DNA of 64,000 nucleotides from an uncultured virus (IMG/VR IMGVR_UViG_3300025529_000005) (taxonomy: Duplodnaviria; Heunggongvirae; Uroviricota; Caudoviricetes), in IMG/VR virus record IMGVR_UViG_3300025529_000005; one strand, given 5' to 3'. The number at the start of each line of letters is the position of its first letter. Position 1 is the stretch's first letter. This document shows, piece by piece, positions 20,027 to 28,925 of the stretch. A program made the translations under genes and the position numbers. The notes below the pieces were generated by a model that did not search any database, was not told where the DNA came from, and saw nothing but the letters and a program-made list of their open reading frames with translations.

Positions 20027-20296
20027 TCACCCCTCTCCCTGTTCCCTTAGCCATCGTTCAAGGAACTGTCTCGTTTCTCTTGCCGGGAAATACCATTTGC
20101 TACCGACTTTGTATTTTGGGAAGCGCGGGTCAAAGAAAAACTGTTGCTGAATGAAGTTCCAACTCATGCAAGTGCGTTTAATCAGTTCCTTAGCGTCCCA
20201 GAACACATACTCTGCGTCAACTTCTTTCACCAGTTCCCGTATGCGTTCCCGGCAAAGTTCCTTCACTTCTGCTTCGTCCACTTTGACGGTCAGCAT
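20027..20296 (-). CDS. putative excisionase-like DNA-binding protein
   Basis: WDAKELIKRTCMSW...FPKYKVGSKWYFP. Confidence 0.65.
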   Translation of the reverse strand: MLTVKVDEAEVKELCRERIRELVKEVDAEYVFWDAKELIKRTCMSWNFIQQQFFFDPRFPKYKVGSKWYFPARETRQFLERWLREQGEG

Positions 20297-20300
20297 GGTT

Positions 20301-21026
20301 TCACGCTCCCTTAGTGATCAGCAGTCGGAACGTTTCCCGGCCCTTCGGAGTTACCAGTGTTTGAACATCGGCTTTTTCTTTCCGGACCCACTCTTTAAGT
20401 TGGAACAGTTCAGGGACAAATTGCGCGTAAGGTTTGAGTTTGCCTTTCTGGTCGCGGTAGATGTAACGTTTGTCCAACAGCCAATTAATAAAGTCGGTCT
20501 GTTTGATCCGAAGTTCTTTTGCTGTGTCCCGGAAGTTAGTCAGCAGATTCCGATCTACCAGCGCATCGAAGTATTCTGCTTTCGGTTTAAGCGCGGCTAT
20601 CTGTTCGTTTTGTTTGCGAACCAGTGCCAACGTCGCCCGAAATGTTGCTTTGGTTTGATCATCTGCATAAGGCAGATAAGTCTCAATAAAAGCATCTTCG
20701 TTTGCCACGTATCCTCCGGTTTTACGGATGGTCGGCAGGACTTCTTTTGTTACCCACTTTCGGAATGCCCGCGCCTCTGGCTTGCGACTTTCGAGAATCA
20801 CGTCATAAAGTCCGTCCTCATTAATGATGGAGGCGTTGTTCGCTCTGCCGAGTGAATCTTCGACGGTGTGGTTTGAAACCACATCGTCACTCAACCGCTG
20901 TCTTACGTCTGGGGCACGAAGTCCGAGAACTTCGCACACGTCCTTAAGTACGAACCATGGCTGACCATTTTTCTCAATGACGCGGATATTCGCATCGTTG
21001 AAATTGAAAATTTGCGGCTTGTTCAT
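20301..21026 (-). CDS. phage antirepressor (Bro-N + KilA-C)
   Basis: PWFVLKDVC, INEDGLY, FRKWVTKEVLPTIRKTG, TLVTPKG; start at ATG 21026 with AAGGAG. Confidence 0.92.
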   Translation of the reverse strand: MNKPQIFNFNDANIRVIEKNGQPWFVLKDVCEVLGLRAPDVRQRLSDDVVSNHTVEDSLGRANNASIINEDGLYDVILESRKPEARAFRKWVTKEVLPTIRKTGGYVANEDAFIETYLPYADDQTKATFRATLALVRKQNEQIAALKPKAEYFDALVDRNLLTNFRDTAKELRIKQTDFINWLLDKRYIYRDQKGKLKPYAQFVPELFQLKEWVRKEKADVQTLVTPKGRETFRLLITKGA

Positions 21027-21166
21027 CCAGCTACTCCTTTCTTTTTTTGATAAAAAAACAAATATGTTTTGATAAAAAGGCATAGTTAAATAAGACCACA
21101 AAAAATACTTGCGGAATCTAAAATGATGGTATATAATCCAAGATGAAGGGTAAAACTGGATTTTAG

Positions 21167-21403
21167 TTAGGTGCGAAGAAAAAATGACGGGTCATGAAGG
21201 TCTGGAAAAATTTCTTCATCCGGCACACCGAAATAATGTTCAATTCGCTTCAACAAACGTGTGCCTGGAAACGATCTTCCGTTTTCTAATTCCCGCAAGT
21301 GAGTTTCGGTTATGCCGAGTTCAAGAGCAACTTGCCTCTGAGTGCCTTTTTTCTCGCGCAATTCCTTCAATCGTTTGCGAGGCTTAACGGTTGTGTTTGG
21401 CAT
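21167..21403 (-). CDS. Cro-like HTH regulator
   Basis: TQRQVALELGITETHLRELENG; divergent from repressor. Confidence 0.88.
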   Translation of the reverse strand: MPNTTVKPRKRLKELREKKGTQRQVALELGITETHLRELENGRSFPGTRLLKRIEHYFGVPDEEIFPDLHDPSFFLRT

Positions 21404-21439
21404 TTGTGTTCACCTCCTTGTCGTAACCATATAATAGCA

Positions 21440-21456
21440 CTCAAATTAGATTTGAG
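21440..21456. promoter_or_regulatory. putative CI/Cro operator
   Basis: CTCAAAT-TAG-ATTTGAG inverted repeat; related GTAAAACTGGATTTTAG at 21150-21166. Confidence 0.55.
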
Positions 21457-21488
21457 CAACACTTTTTTTCTAAAATTTTATTTATGGA

Positions 21489-22139
21489 GTGATCGCCGTG
21501 TCGTCATTAGGTTCGAGGATAAAAAAGTACCGCAGGATTCGTGGTTACACTCAAGCACAAATGGCAGATAAATTAGGCATGACTGAAGCTAACTTTTCCA
21601 GTTATGAAAGAGATAAGAGCAAACCACCGAGCGAAAAACTTTCTCAAATCGCTACCATTTTGAATGTATCCACGGATTACTTGCTTGGATTTACAAATGA
21701 CCCAACACCAGGCATGAAAGCAGGCGCATTCAATTTTGAAACAGGGGAAGTTTATTTTCAAAATGAAACAGAAACAAGAATAAACATGAAAATTCAATCG
21801 AAATATGATGAAATCAGAAAATTAGAAGATCACATGAAAAAGTTAGATGAAGATGATTCCATTGAAGAAAGCCAGAAATCGGCCATTAAACGATCTTTGT
21901 TATCCACCATAGACAAATTGAATGGAGAAATCGATGAGTTGAATAACCAACTTAAAATCCCCTCCTGGGCCACATCTAAAGACAAACGCGACTTTAAAAA
22001 AATGCTCGAAGAAGACGCTCCTGTCATGTTTGATGGTGTGCCTTTGGACGAAGAAGATCGGGAAAAAGTATTGAAAGTTATGGAGGCAATTTTTTGGGAT
22101 GCAAAAAAGCGAAATAAGAGGAAACCAATTGACGATTAA
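21489..22139 (+). CDS. XRE-family immunity repressor (ImmR-like)
   Basis: N-terminal HTH; next to ImmA. Confidence 0.88.
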   Translation: MIAVSSLGSRIKKYRRIRGYTQAQMADKLGMTEANFSSYERDKSKPPSEKLSQIATILNVSTDYLLGFTNDPTPGMKAGAFNFETGEVYFQNETETRINMKIQSKYDEIRKLEDHMKKLDEDDSIEESQKSAIKRSLLSTIDKLNGEIDELNNQLKIPSWATSKDKRDFKKMLEEDAPVMFDGVPLDEEDREKVLKVMEAIFWDAKKRNKRKPIDD

Positions 22140-22154
22140 AGCGGAGGATTTTGG

Positions 22155-22565
22155 ATGGACAACATTATCCGACAACTTATCCGCAAATATAAAACGAACG
22201 ATCCCTTTGAGTTGGCCGAGTATCTCAATATAAATGTTTGGTTTCGCGACTTGGGCATGGGAACCCGTGGTTTGTATATGCGGAAATTGCGACGCCGTTA
22301 TATCGTGATACATGAAGGATTAGATGAACATTGGAAGCGCTTTGTCTGTGCTCACGAGCTTGCTCATGATCGTTTGCATCCTGGATTCAGCCGTTTTTGG
22401 TTGGACGAGCAGTCTTTCTTCTATGCCGGGAAATTTGAGCGTCAGGCAAACAAATTCGCGATTCGATTACTTACTGCGGGAGACAGCCAGCAGCGTGGCG
22501 AATCCGTCAGCGATTTTCTTCGGCGAAACAACGTTCCGCCAGAAATGAGCATATTCATAATGTAG
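22155..22565 (+). CDS. ImmA/IrrE-family metallopeptidase
   Basis: HELAH, ERQANKFA. Confidence 0.93.
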   Translation: MDNIIRQLIRKYKTNDPFELAEYLNINVWFRDLGMGTRGLYMRKLRRRYIVIHEGLDEHWKRFVCAHELAHDRLHPGFSRFWLDEQSFFYAGKFERQANKFAIRLLTAGDSQQRGESVSDFLRRNNVPPEMSIFIM

Positions 22566-22609
22566 TCCAATAACCCCAGCCGAAAGGCTGTTTATTATAT
22601 AGATTAAAC

Positions 22610-22623
22610 AGAACATATGTTTG
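22610..22623. promoter_or_regulatory. putative LexA (SOS) box upstream of integrase
   Basis: AGAACATATGTTTG vs Bacillota consensus CGAAC-N4-GTTCG. Confidence 0.55.
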
Positions 22624-22640
22624 TGAAAGGAGCATCGAAA

Positions 22641-23804
22641 TTGGCAAGTTTCAAAAAGCACAAGTCAGGATGGGAGTATCGTTTCAAGTACAAGGACCCT
22701 ATTACAAAGGAGTGGAGAGAGAAATCGGAGAGAGGATTCAAAAGTAAACCGGAGGCAGAATTGGCGGCTGCCGAAGCGTTGAAAAAGATCAAGCAAGGGT
22801 ATGGACGGGAGGATATGAGGTTGTCCGATTACCTGAATATGTGGCTCGAAGAATTTAAGAAAGGAACTGTTCGCAAAAACACGTATGAAGTCCACCGAAA
22901 CAACATCGAAACCCATATCAAGCCTTACTTCAAGAATATCATGCTTAGTGAAATCATGCCGGAAATGTACCAGAAATTTTTAAATCACCTCTCTGAATCG
23001 GGATACAGTCGTCGTACTATAGAGATCGTCCATTCCACGATGCACAACGCAATGAAGAAAGCCGTCACTTTGCGAAAGATTGAAACAAACCCGTGTGTTG
23101 GAGTAGAGATCAAAGGACAGCGGCAAAGAAACGAATTGAAGTTCATCGAATCAGAACACATCCCGTCTTTTCTACAGGAAGCCAGAAAGTACGGATATAT
23201 TTACTGGATCTTCTTCCGTGTTCTGATTGAAACCGGAATGCGTAAAGGCGAAGCCGCTGCACTTCAATGGCCGGATGTTGACCTGAAGAACAACCGAATT
23301 ACCATTACTAAAACACTCGATTTTACCGCAAAAGAAAAAGATGATCTGTTTGGAGATGTCAAGACGATTCGATCCGCTCGGACGATCAGAATCAGCAATT
23401 CTCTTGCCAACGACCTCAAGTATCATATGCAATGGCAAAACCAAAACAAACTGACCCTGAATGCCATTTATCATCACGATCTTAATTTGGTGTTGTGTCG
23501 AGAAGATGGAAGTCCTATGCCGAAATCATCCCTTTTTAACGCCTTTTCCCGCATATTAAAGAAATCCGGTTTACCTCCGCTCCCCATTCATTCTTTACGC
23601 CATACATGCGCGGTTCTACTTTTGGAGGCGGGCGCAGACATGAAATTTGTGCAGGAACAACTCGGCCACGGAAGTATTCAGATCACGTCAGACGTGTATA
23701 GTCACATTTCAAAGAAACTGGAAGAACGGAACATCGGCAAGTTTGAAGATCATATGAGAAGAGTTTGGGGGCATTTTGGGGGCGAATCCACTCCCCGCTC
23801 TTAA
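22641..23804 (+). CDS. tyrosine recombinase / phage integrase
   Basis: TGMRKGE, HSLRHT, LGH...VYSH; TTG start 22641 after AAAGGAG. Confidence 0.96.
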   Translation: MASFKKHKSGWEYRFKYKDPITKEWREKSERGFKSKPEAELAAAEALKKIKQGYGREDMRLSDYLNMWLEEFKKGTVRKNTYEVHRNNIETHIKPYFKNIMLSEIMPEMYQKFLNHLSESGYSRRTIEIVHSTMHNAMKKAVTLRKIETNPCVGVEIKGQRQRNELKFIESEHIPSFLQEARKYGYIYWIFFRVLIETGMRKGEAAALQWPDVDLKNNRITITKTLDFTAKEKDDLFGDVKTIRSARTIRISNSLANDLKYHMQWQNQNKLTLNAIYHHDLNLVLCREDGSPMPKSSLFNAFSRILKKSGLPPLPIHSLRHTCAVLLLEAGADMKFVQEQLGHGSIQITSDVYSHISKKLEERNIGKFEDHMRRVWGHFGGESTPRS

Positions 23805-23864
23805 ATCCTCGTTTTGCCCCCAAACACACCCCCCTAAAAACCGCATCACACAAGGGATTTCCAA

Positions 23865-23915
23865 TCAATACAGCGTCATGTACTGATCGCGTTCCCATTG
23901 GTGCACTTGCGTGCG
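23865..23915 (-). other. att core = duplicated 3' end of glutamine synthetase gene
   Basis: Translates RTQVHQWERDQYMTLY-stop, the Bacillales GlnA C-terminus, with no upstream glnA body. Confidence 0.85.
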
Positions 23916-23957
23916 GTTTATGTTAAATACCCTCATGCGTTTTCATAAATCCCCCGA

Positions 23958-23982
23958 AAGCCGCTTCATTGGCGGCTTTTTT
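23958..23982 (+). terminator. intrinsic terminator
   Basis: AAGCCGC-loop-GCGGCTT plus T tract. Confidence 0.6.
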
Positions 23983-24057
23983 GTTTTATCGTTTTCATGT
24001 ACAGACATATTTTTTTATAAGTTTGGGGGCATTTTGGGGGCGTCTTTGGGGGCAAAT

Positions 24058-24282
24058 TCACTCCCCCAATTCACTTCTGTTCATCACATGTTTTGATTCA
24101 AATACGATTAAACCACCCCTTCCGATATTCGATTCCTCAACATAGTATTTCTTCTCTTCTCCATGTGTGACAAAGATTATATCACAAGGAAATTCATAAT
24201 CCTTAAAGTTATTCATCAGTGCTTGTTTTACAATTTGCCTATTATTCGGACCCAAATGCTCGATTCGATATGTCTTTCTCAT
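24058..24282 (-). CDS. hypothetical protein
   Basis: AT-rich ORF with AGGAG RBS. Confidence 0.55.
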   Translation of the reverse strand: MRKTYRIEHLGPNNRQIVKQALMNNFKDYEFPCDIIFVTHGEEKKYYVEESNIGRGGLIVFESKHVMNRSELGE

Positions 24283-24340
24283 TATCCCATCTCCTAGAAA
24301 TAATATTTTGTGTTGTTATGCTATCGATAATCCGCTATTT

Positions 24341-24694
24341 TCAATACTCGGGTCGTTCCGCATCCAATATATCCAAAAACGGAATCTTTTCCAGCGAGCC
24401 AAAAGACCTGATATGAACTTTCTTTGTCTCGGCATCCAGCTTGACGACCCGGCCCCGGATTGGTTCTGGTCTTCCCCATACCGTCAAAACAAGCTCATAT
24501 TTTTCTTCTTTTGCATCTTGAAGCCTGTTAGCCAATTCCTTCAGTTCAAATTCGTCACGAACAGGCCTTTTCGGTTTTGCCATGACCGTTTCCTCCCTGT
24601 GTCGTACTAATGCTTCCTTGTGCTCGGGCAGGATCATACGACTAGATTCCCAAAACAAGTTGCTACCCGGCGTAAGTTTGTTGATCCGCCTCAC
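24341..24694 (-). CDS. YolD-like family protein
   Basis: NLFWESSRMILPEHKEAL; GTG overlaps upstream stop. Confidence 0.85.
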   Translation of the reverse strand: MRRINKLTPGSNLFWESSRMILPEHKEALVRHREETVMAKPKRPVRDEFELKELANRLQDAKEEKYELVLTVWGRPEPIRGRVVKLDAETKKVHIRSFGSLEKIPFLDILDAERPEY

Positions 24695-24888
24695 GCCGAC
24701 CGCCTCCCGGCAGGCATCGCGGCCAGAATGTTTTCCAGCAGGAAGATCCGCGGCCCCTGCTGTTCCAGACAGAACGCCTTCACGATGTTCCCCCGAACAG
24801 ACCAAACTTGGATCCGGCGTTGGGTGAGTTTGCCGGCCTTGGACTGGTATATGATGTGGACGGTGCGGCCGAGGTATTTGGTGGGCAT
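24691..24888 (-). CDS. small WYL-like domain protein
   Basis: IIYQSKAGKLTQRRI...AFC...RIFLLENI. Confidence 0.65.
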   Translation of the reverse strand: MPTKYLGRTVHIIYQSKAGKLTQRRIQVWSVRGNIVKAFCLEQQGPRIFLLENILAAMPAGRRSA

Positions 24889-24906
24889 ATGGGATCACTC
24901 CAAAAT

Positions 24907-24944
24907 CGAACATATATTCTTATTATATACAGAACTAATGTTCG
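24907..24944. promoter_or_regulatory. two LexA (SOS) boxes
   Basis: CGAACATATATTCT (24907) and AGAACTAATGTTCG (24931). Confidence 0.75.
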
Positions 24945-25038
24945 ATTTTCAAGGATTTTTGTTTTCCGTATATCGCCAAAATAGGGCTTTTGGTGTAGAA
25001 TATCGTTTTGAAAGTAGGTTAAAGAGTTGAGGTGACTT

Positions 25039-25761
25039 ATGGCACTCATCAATATTTGGGGTGACGAAAGCTCGCACACCGGGCAAAATTACATGGTGTT
25101 GGGAACAATTTGGCAAAACCCGGCTTGTACTGCTGAATTGATGAAAGATATTCAAGATCTAAGAAAACAAACTGCCTTTCAAAAAGAATTTCACTGGAAT
25201 GAGCTGAGAGCGCATCAATTGAGTGCTTACGAAGGATTAGTGAATATATTTAAAAAATACGCTGATCAAGGTTTGCTGAAATTTCGAGCGATTGTTGTTG
25301 ATCAATTAGATCGTAACCACAAAATATATAGCCAGGACGATGAACTACATTTTTACAAAATGTATTTTTGGTTGATTTACAAAAGGCTAATGATTTCTAA
25401 CCAATATGACATTTTTCTTGATAGAAAGATAAATAAAATACCGGGCAGGCTTTCTGATCTGAAAAATACATTAAACAATAAAATGACTGGTGATCATGGT
25501 TTTATTGCGGCCAATATTGTGAGGAGAGTTGAAGCAAGAGATGGGTCTCAAATCGAATTACAAATGGCAGATGTTTTTTCTGGAGCAATCGCGTATATGC
25601 GGAATGGCCATTACGCCCTAGCTAACCAAATCAATCCCAAATTTAAATTGGTTCAATACATAGAACGCACTTTGCAGATTAGCTTAGATGATTGCCACTG
25701 GCCAAAAGAAAGTCCAAAATTCAATATTTGGTGTTTCAAAAGGCAAAACCAAAATAAATAG
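25039..25761 (+). CDS. DUF3800 domain protein
   Basis: N-terminal DES, EFHW, C-terminal QMAD motif; AT-rich moron. Confidence 0.85.
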   Translation: MALINIWGDESSHTGQNYMVLGTIWQNPACTAELMKDIQDLRKQTAFQKEFHWNELRAHQLSAYEGLVNIFKKYADQGLLKFRAIVVDQLDRNHKIYSQDDELHFYKMYFWLIYKRLMISNQYDIFLDRKINKIPGRLSDLKNTLNNKMTGDHGFIAANIVRRVEARDGSQIELQMADVFSGAIAYMRNGHYALANQINPKFKLVQYIERTLQISLDDCHWPKESPKFNIWCFKRQNQNK

Positions 25762-25838
25762 TGCACCGCCCTAATTCCTATCCGTTTGGATTCCACACGA
25801 CCGAAAAGGTCATGGTTTCGGAAATTAGTGGCGGCGCA
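25762..25838 (-). ncRNA. candidate structured ncRNA associated with DUF3800 gene
   Basis: Multi-stem fold; two stem mismatches on + become G-U pairs on -. Confidence 0.55.
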
Positions 25839-25903
25839 GTGTTACTTATCTTATATTGTAACCATATTGTATGTGATTTAATTCAAAAAGTCCATAGTTT
25901 TTT

Positions 25904-25942
25904 ATCCCCGCCCAGCCACAACGGCCAAGCGGGGATTTTTTT
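25904..25942. terminator. GC hairpin between convergent DUF3800 and amidase units
   Basis: ATCCCCGC...GCGGGGAT followed by T tract on +. Confidence 0.6.
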
Positions 25943-25943
25943 A

Positions 25944-26588
25944 TTACCTCAACGCCCTGTATAGCATCGTCCACAGCTCTTCCCGCGTCACTGTATCTTT
26001 GGGGCGAGTGCCGTCCGTGATGCGGAGGCTAACCGCCCACTCACGCGCTTCCCGGGCCCACGCCGATACTTCATCGGCAGGAGGGACAGGCGGACTCAGA
26101 TGCTCCCGCACAGCCGCCAGAAACGCCTCCCACCCACCAGGCCGATCCCGGAGGATGTGCGGGCAATGCTTTCCGGTCCAGCGGTTGTGTTGGACGACCG
26201 CGTCGATCGGCAGATTGAACTGCTTGAGCAGGTGCGCCACCAGCTCCGCAGCGTTCGCCTCCGCCTTCGCCCGGTCGCCGTCCGCGTTTTCGCAGATTTC
26301 GATCGAAATACTGGACGTATTCCCCGGCCCCTTCGACCCATCCCCGGCGTGCCAGGCGACTTCATCGAGCGGCAGATGCTGGACGACGCGCTGATCGTCG
26401 ACCGTGAAATGCCAACTCGCCGGACGGCTGGCTGCGTCGTCGCCGTTCAAGTAGCGAGCGTGCATCAGCGCATTTGCGCCCTTCGCCGGGTTTGCGGTGT
26501 CGTGGATGGTGATATATTTCGGGCCGGTCAGTTTGATTCCCGAGCGGTTTTTGCGGCCAACTGGAATAAAGTCCTGGATGATATTCAT
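25944..26588 (-). CDS. endolysin, N-acetylmuramoyl-L-alanine amidase (Amidase_2)
   Basis: ITIHDTAN, SWHFTVD, AWHAGDG, SIEICEN, H...CP. Confidence 0.95.
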   Translation of the reverse strand: MNIIQDFIPVGRKNRSGIKLTGPKYITIHDTANPAKGANALMHARYLNGDDAASRPASWHFTVDDQRVVQHLPLDEVAWHAGDGSKGPGNTSSISIEICENADGDRAKAEANAAELVAHLLKQFNLPIDAVVQHNRWTGKHCPHILRDRPGGWEAFLAAVREHLSPPVPPADEVSAWAREAREWAVSLRITDGTRPKDTVTREELWTMLYRALR

Positions 26589-26980
26589 TTCTGCTCACCC
26601 TTTCCTCGCAGCACCTCAACCGCCTGTCGGAGAACAGGCGGGATCGGCACACCCAGCTGACCGGCATTTTCGATAAGTGACAACAGCTCACCGGCTAGAT
26701 AAAAAAAGATCGCTGCATCCCGTATGAGATGGGCGTCTCCGATCGTTGTGTCTAGCAGGTGAGCGACGGCCACGATGGCCATTGTGCCGATCTTGCGCGT
26801 GACTCCTAGCCAGAGTTCGCGACTTGCCGCTCTGCCCTCTTTTGCCGCTAGGGCGACGCCGCTGATAAAGTCAAGGATGATAAAGACAACGAGCACTGTC
26901 ATGAGCTGCGTCCACCCTCCAAATAAAAATGATATTGCAGCTCCTGCCACGCCAACTAAACTTTTGATGAACGTCTCCAT
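26585..26980 (-). CDS. phage holin
   Basis: LFGGW, DFISG, ELLSLIENAGQLGVPIP. Confidence 0.92.
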   Translation of the reverse strand: METFIKSLVGVAGAAISFLFGGWTQLMTVLVVFIILDFISGVALAAKEGRAASRELWLGVTRKIGTMAIVAVAHLLDTTIGDAHLIRDAAIFFYLAGELLSLIENAGQLGVPIPPVLRQAVEVLRGKGEQK

Positions 26981-27053
26981 TGTTGATCACTCTCCCTGAG
27001 CATAATAAAAGAGAGCCCCGATCTGGAGCTCTCCTCTGTTGCGTATAATCGTC

Positions 27054-27158
27054 TTATTGCCTATCTAACTCAGCCTGTACCGCTGCCCTCAGATGCTCCG
27101 GCACATCCTCGATTGTGATCTTACCGAGCCTGATCTGTACCGCTAAAAACTTAGCCAC
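27054..27158 (-). CDS. small CD1375/XkdX-like protein (34 aa)
   Basis: Read by hand: MAKFLAVQIRLGKITIEDVPEHLRAAV. Confidence 0.65.
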   Translation of the reverse strand: MAKFLAVQIRLGKITIEDVPEHLRAAVQAELDRQ

Positions 27159-27438
27159 CTAGGATCACCTCCAGTAGCGCAGCCTCGAGTGCTTCAAGAC
27201 GTTCTCTGTCGCTCACAGGTAGGGGCGCATCAGCCAGAAGCCACCCGTGCTCCTCGCTATATACGACCTCGCGCTCTTCTGTATATGCACCATCCGGCAG
27301 CGGATTGGTTACCTGCTCCTCATAGATCGGATCACCCGTCTCCTCGTCGACGCCGACCTGCACAGGTTGTATCATATAATCCCACTCGCCGATATTGATC
27401 AGATTGCTGTCTGCATCAAATACACAAGTCTTGATCAT
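27151..27438 (-). CDS. tail fibre-associated small protein
   Basis: INIGEWDY...NPLPDGA; follows fibre gene. Confidence 0.65.
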   Translation of the reverse strand: MIKTCVFDADSNLINIGEWDYMIQPVQVGVDEETGDPIYEEQVTNPLPDGAYTEEREVVYSEEHGWLLADAPLPVSDRERLEALEAALLEVILGG

Positions 27439-27449
27439 AATATCCCTCC

Positions 27450-28571
27450 TTATTTAGCCGTCCATCCGGTGTTACCTGTGCCGGACGTTTTGACATACAG
27501 CGTAGTCGATGCGCCGCCGTCAGTACGTAAATAGAGCGATCCTACAGGAGCAGATACGGTACCTTCCGGCGCTCCTAGACCAAAGGATACGCGCAAGTCG
27601 CCGATGTACACTGTATATACACCGTTAACTGACGATACGTTAAGTCTTATACACCCACCTGCATCAACACCCTCGACGATGATATACGCGCCATTTGCAA
27701 TAGATGTGGACTGGCCCCCACGGATAACAGTACGCCCAGTGTTATTCGTTTTACCTAAAATAAAGTTACCTTCGCTGCTGTTTAACAAATCGCCTGTAAG
27801 CGTACCGCCTTTACTCGTGATCATTTCGTCCCACACTGACCAAGTTGCGCCATTATCTATCGATGTGCGTAAAAATACACGATTTTGACTAGTCCTACTA
27901 GACGAAATCACGTAGTAAAACTGCTGCACATGTGCAGCAAGTCGTTTCAAAACTAAGCAATAGCCAAAAATTTCTATCGGTCGATTAGTCGCAGTACCTA
28001 TAGCATAGATACCCGGATCAACCAGATCATTCATGTCGCCAGAGTATGACGCCTTTGGCAAACCGTTATTAGCGGTCAGCTTGTATACCTGCGCACCCAT
28101 AAACTGTGTCTGCATATCACGCACCATTCCGCCTGCTGTGGTAATGGGGTTGAGCGGCGTATATCCTGACGCTGGTGTGCGGATATCGACAAGCTCCACC
28201 TTGGCCTCATCCGCCGTCGCCTGCGCAGCAGCAGCAGCAGCCGCGGCGTTGTCGGCGATGGTTTGGGCTTCTTCAATATTCTGCCGAAACGCCTCGTGAT
28301 CATACGCGGTGAAATACCGCGCCACTTTTACCCCGGCGCTCCATGACTTTGCCGCGCCTTGGAATCCTCTTGTGACTCCGGTTAGGTCGTTGCCGCTCAC
28401 TCCGGTGTAAAGGATAGTCTCTGCATCCTCACCTGTGCCGATCGTGGCAAGATTGGGCGGAGCGGGTAAAACAGAAGCATTTAAGACTGGGATCGTTGTT
28501 TGTGAAGCGTTAATAGCGCTGGCCAATTCTGTTGTCGGACTATTAACAACCGCTGGATACATGGTTTGCAT
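27450..28571 (-). CDS. tail fibre / receptor-binding protein
   Basis: Knob-like DMNDLVDPGIY...WSVW segment; GAPEGTVSAPVGSLYLRTDGG C-term. Confidence 0.75.
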   Translation of the reverse strand: MQTMYPAVVNSPTTELASAINASQTTIPVLNASVLPAPPNLATIGTGEDAETILYTGVSGNDLTGVTRGFQGAAKSWSAGVKVARYFTAYDHEAFRQNIEEAQTIADNAAAAAAAAQATADEAKVELVDIRTPASGYTPLNPITTAGGMVRDMQTQFMGAQVYKLTANNGLPKASYSGDMNDLVDPGIYAIGTATNRPIEIFGYCLVLKRLAAHVQQFYYVISSSRTSQNRVFLRTSIDNGATWSVWDEMITSKGGTLTGDLLNSSEGNFILGKTNNTGRTVIRGGQSTSIANGAYIIVEGVDAGGCIRLNVSSVNGVYTVYIGDLRVSFGLGAPEGTVSAPVGSLYLRTDGGASTTLYVKTSGTGNTGWTAK

Positions 28572-28588
28572 TCGGACTCACCACCATT

Positions 28589-28777
28589 TCAAGCTTTATT
28601 TTCGGAGTATTTTTCCAATTTCTCTATCGTTTCACCCATCCAAAGTTCTACTTCTCGCAATATTTCAAGTTGTTTATCTGGATGACAATTTACAATGGCA
28701 GCAATACAACTTTTGATTTCTTCAACTGGACGTTCAAGATCGACGAGAATTTCCAATTTAGGCGACACTTTAGCCAC
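28589..28777 (-). CDS. hypothetical protein
   Basis: GAGGAG RBS. Confidence 0.6.
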   Translation of the reverse strand: MAKVSPKLEILVDLERPVEEIKSCIAAIVNCHPDKQLEILREVELWMGETIEKLEKYSENKA

Positions 28778-28925
28778 GGTTATTCACTCCTCAAAAAACA
28801 AAATAGACACCCTCCTGATGAAGATGTCTTTTCAAAATTTATTGTATTTGATTATTGATTCAGTTTTACTGCGTACTTTTACCAAATATGATATAATGAC
28901 TTCAAAAGTTTGGAGGTGACGAAAA

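Larger units (their letters stand above)
1..23915. mobile_element. Prophage A (early/lysogeny half; continues left of window)
   Basis: Minus-strand replication/recombination genes, divergent repressor-ImmA-integrase, ending at the att core. Confidence 0.85.
23764..24053. repeat. integrase arm-type repeats
   Basis: TTTGGGGGC at 23764, 23775, 24022, 24033, 24045; inverted at 23816. Confidence 0.75.

Noticed and set aside
24695..24913. N-terminal extension of the YolD ORF in the track (190 aa)
   Set aside because: Overlaps the WYL-like gene and SOS box; GTG at 24694 with RBS is more plausible
25761..25964. 67-aa ORF after DUF3800
   Set aside because: No separate RBS, runs through a hairpin/terminator; RNA structure explains the region better
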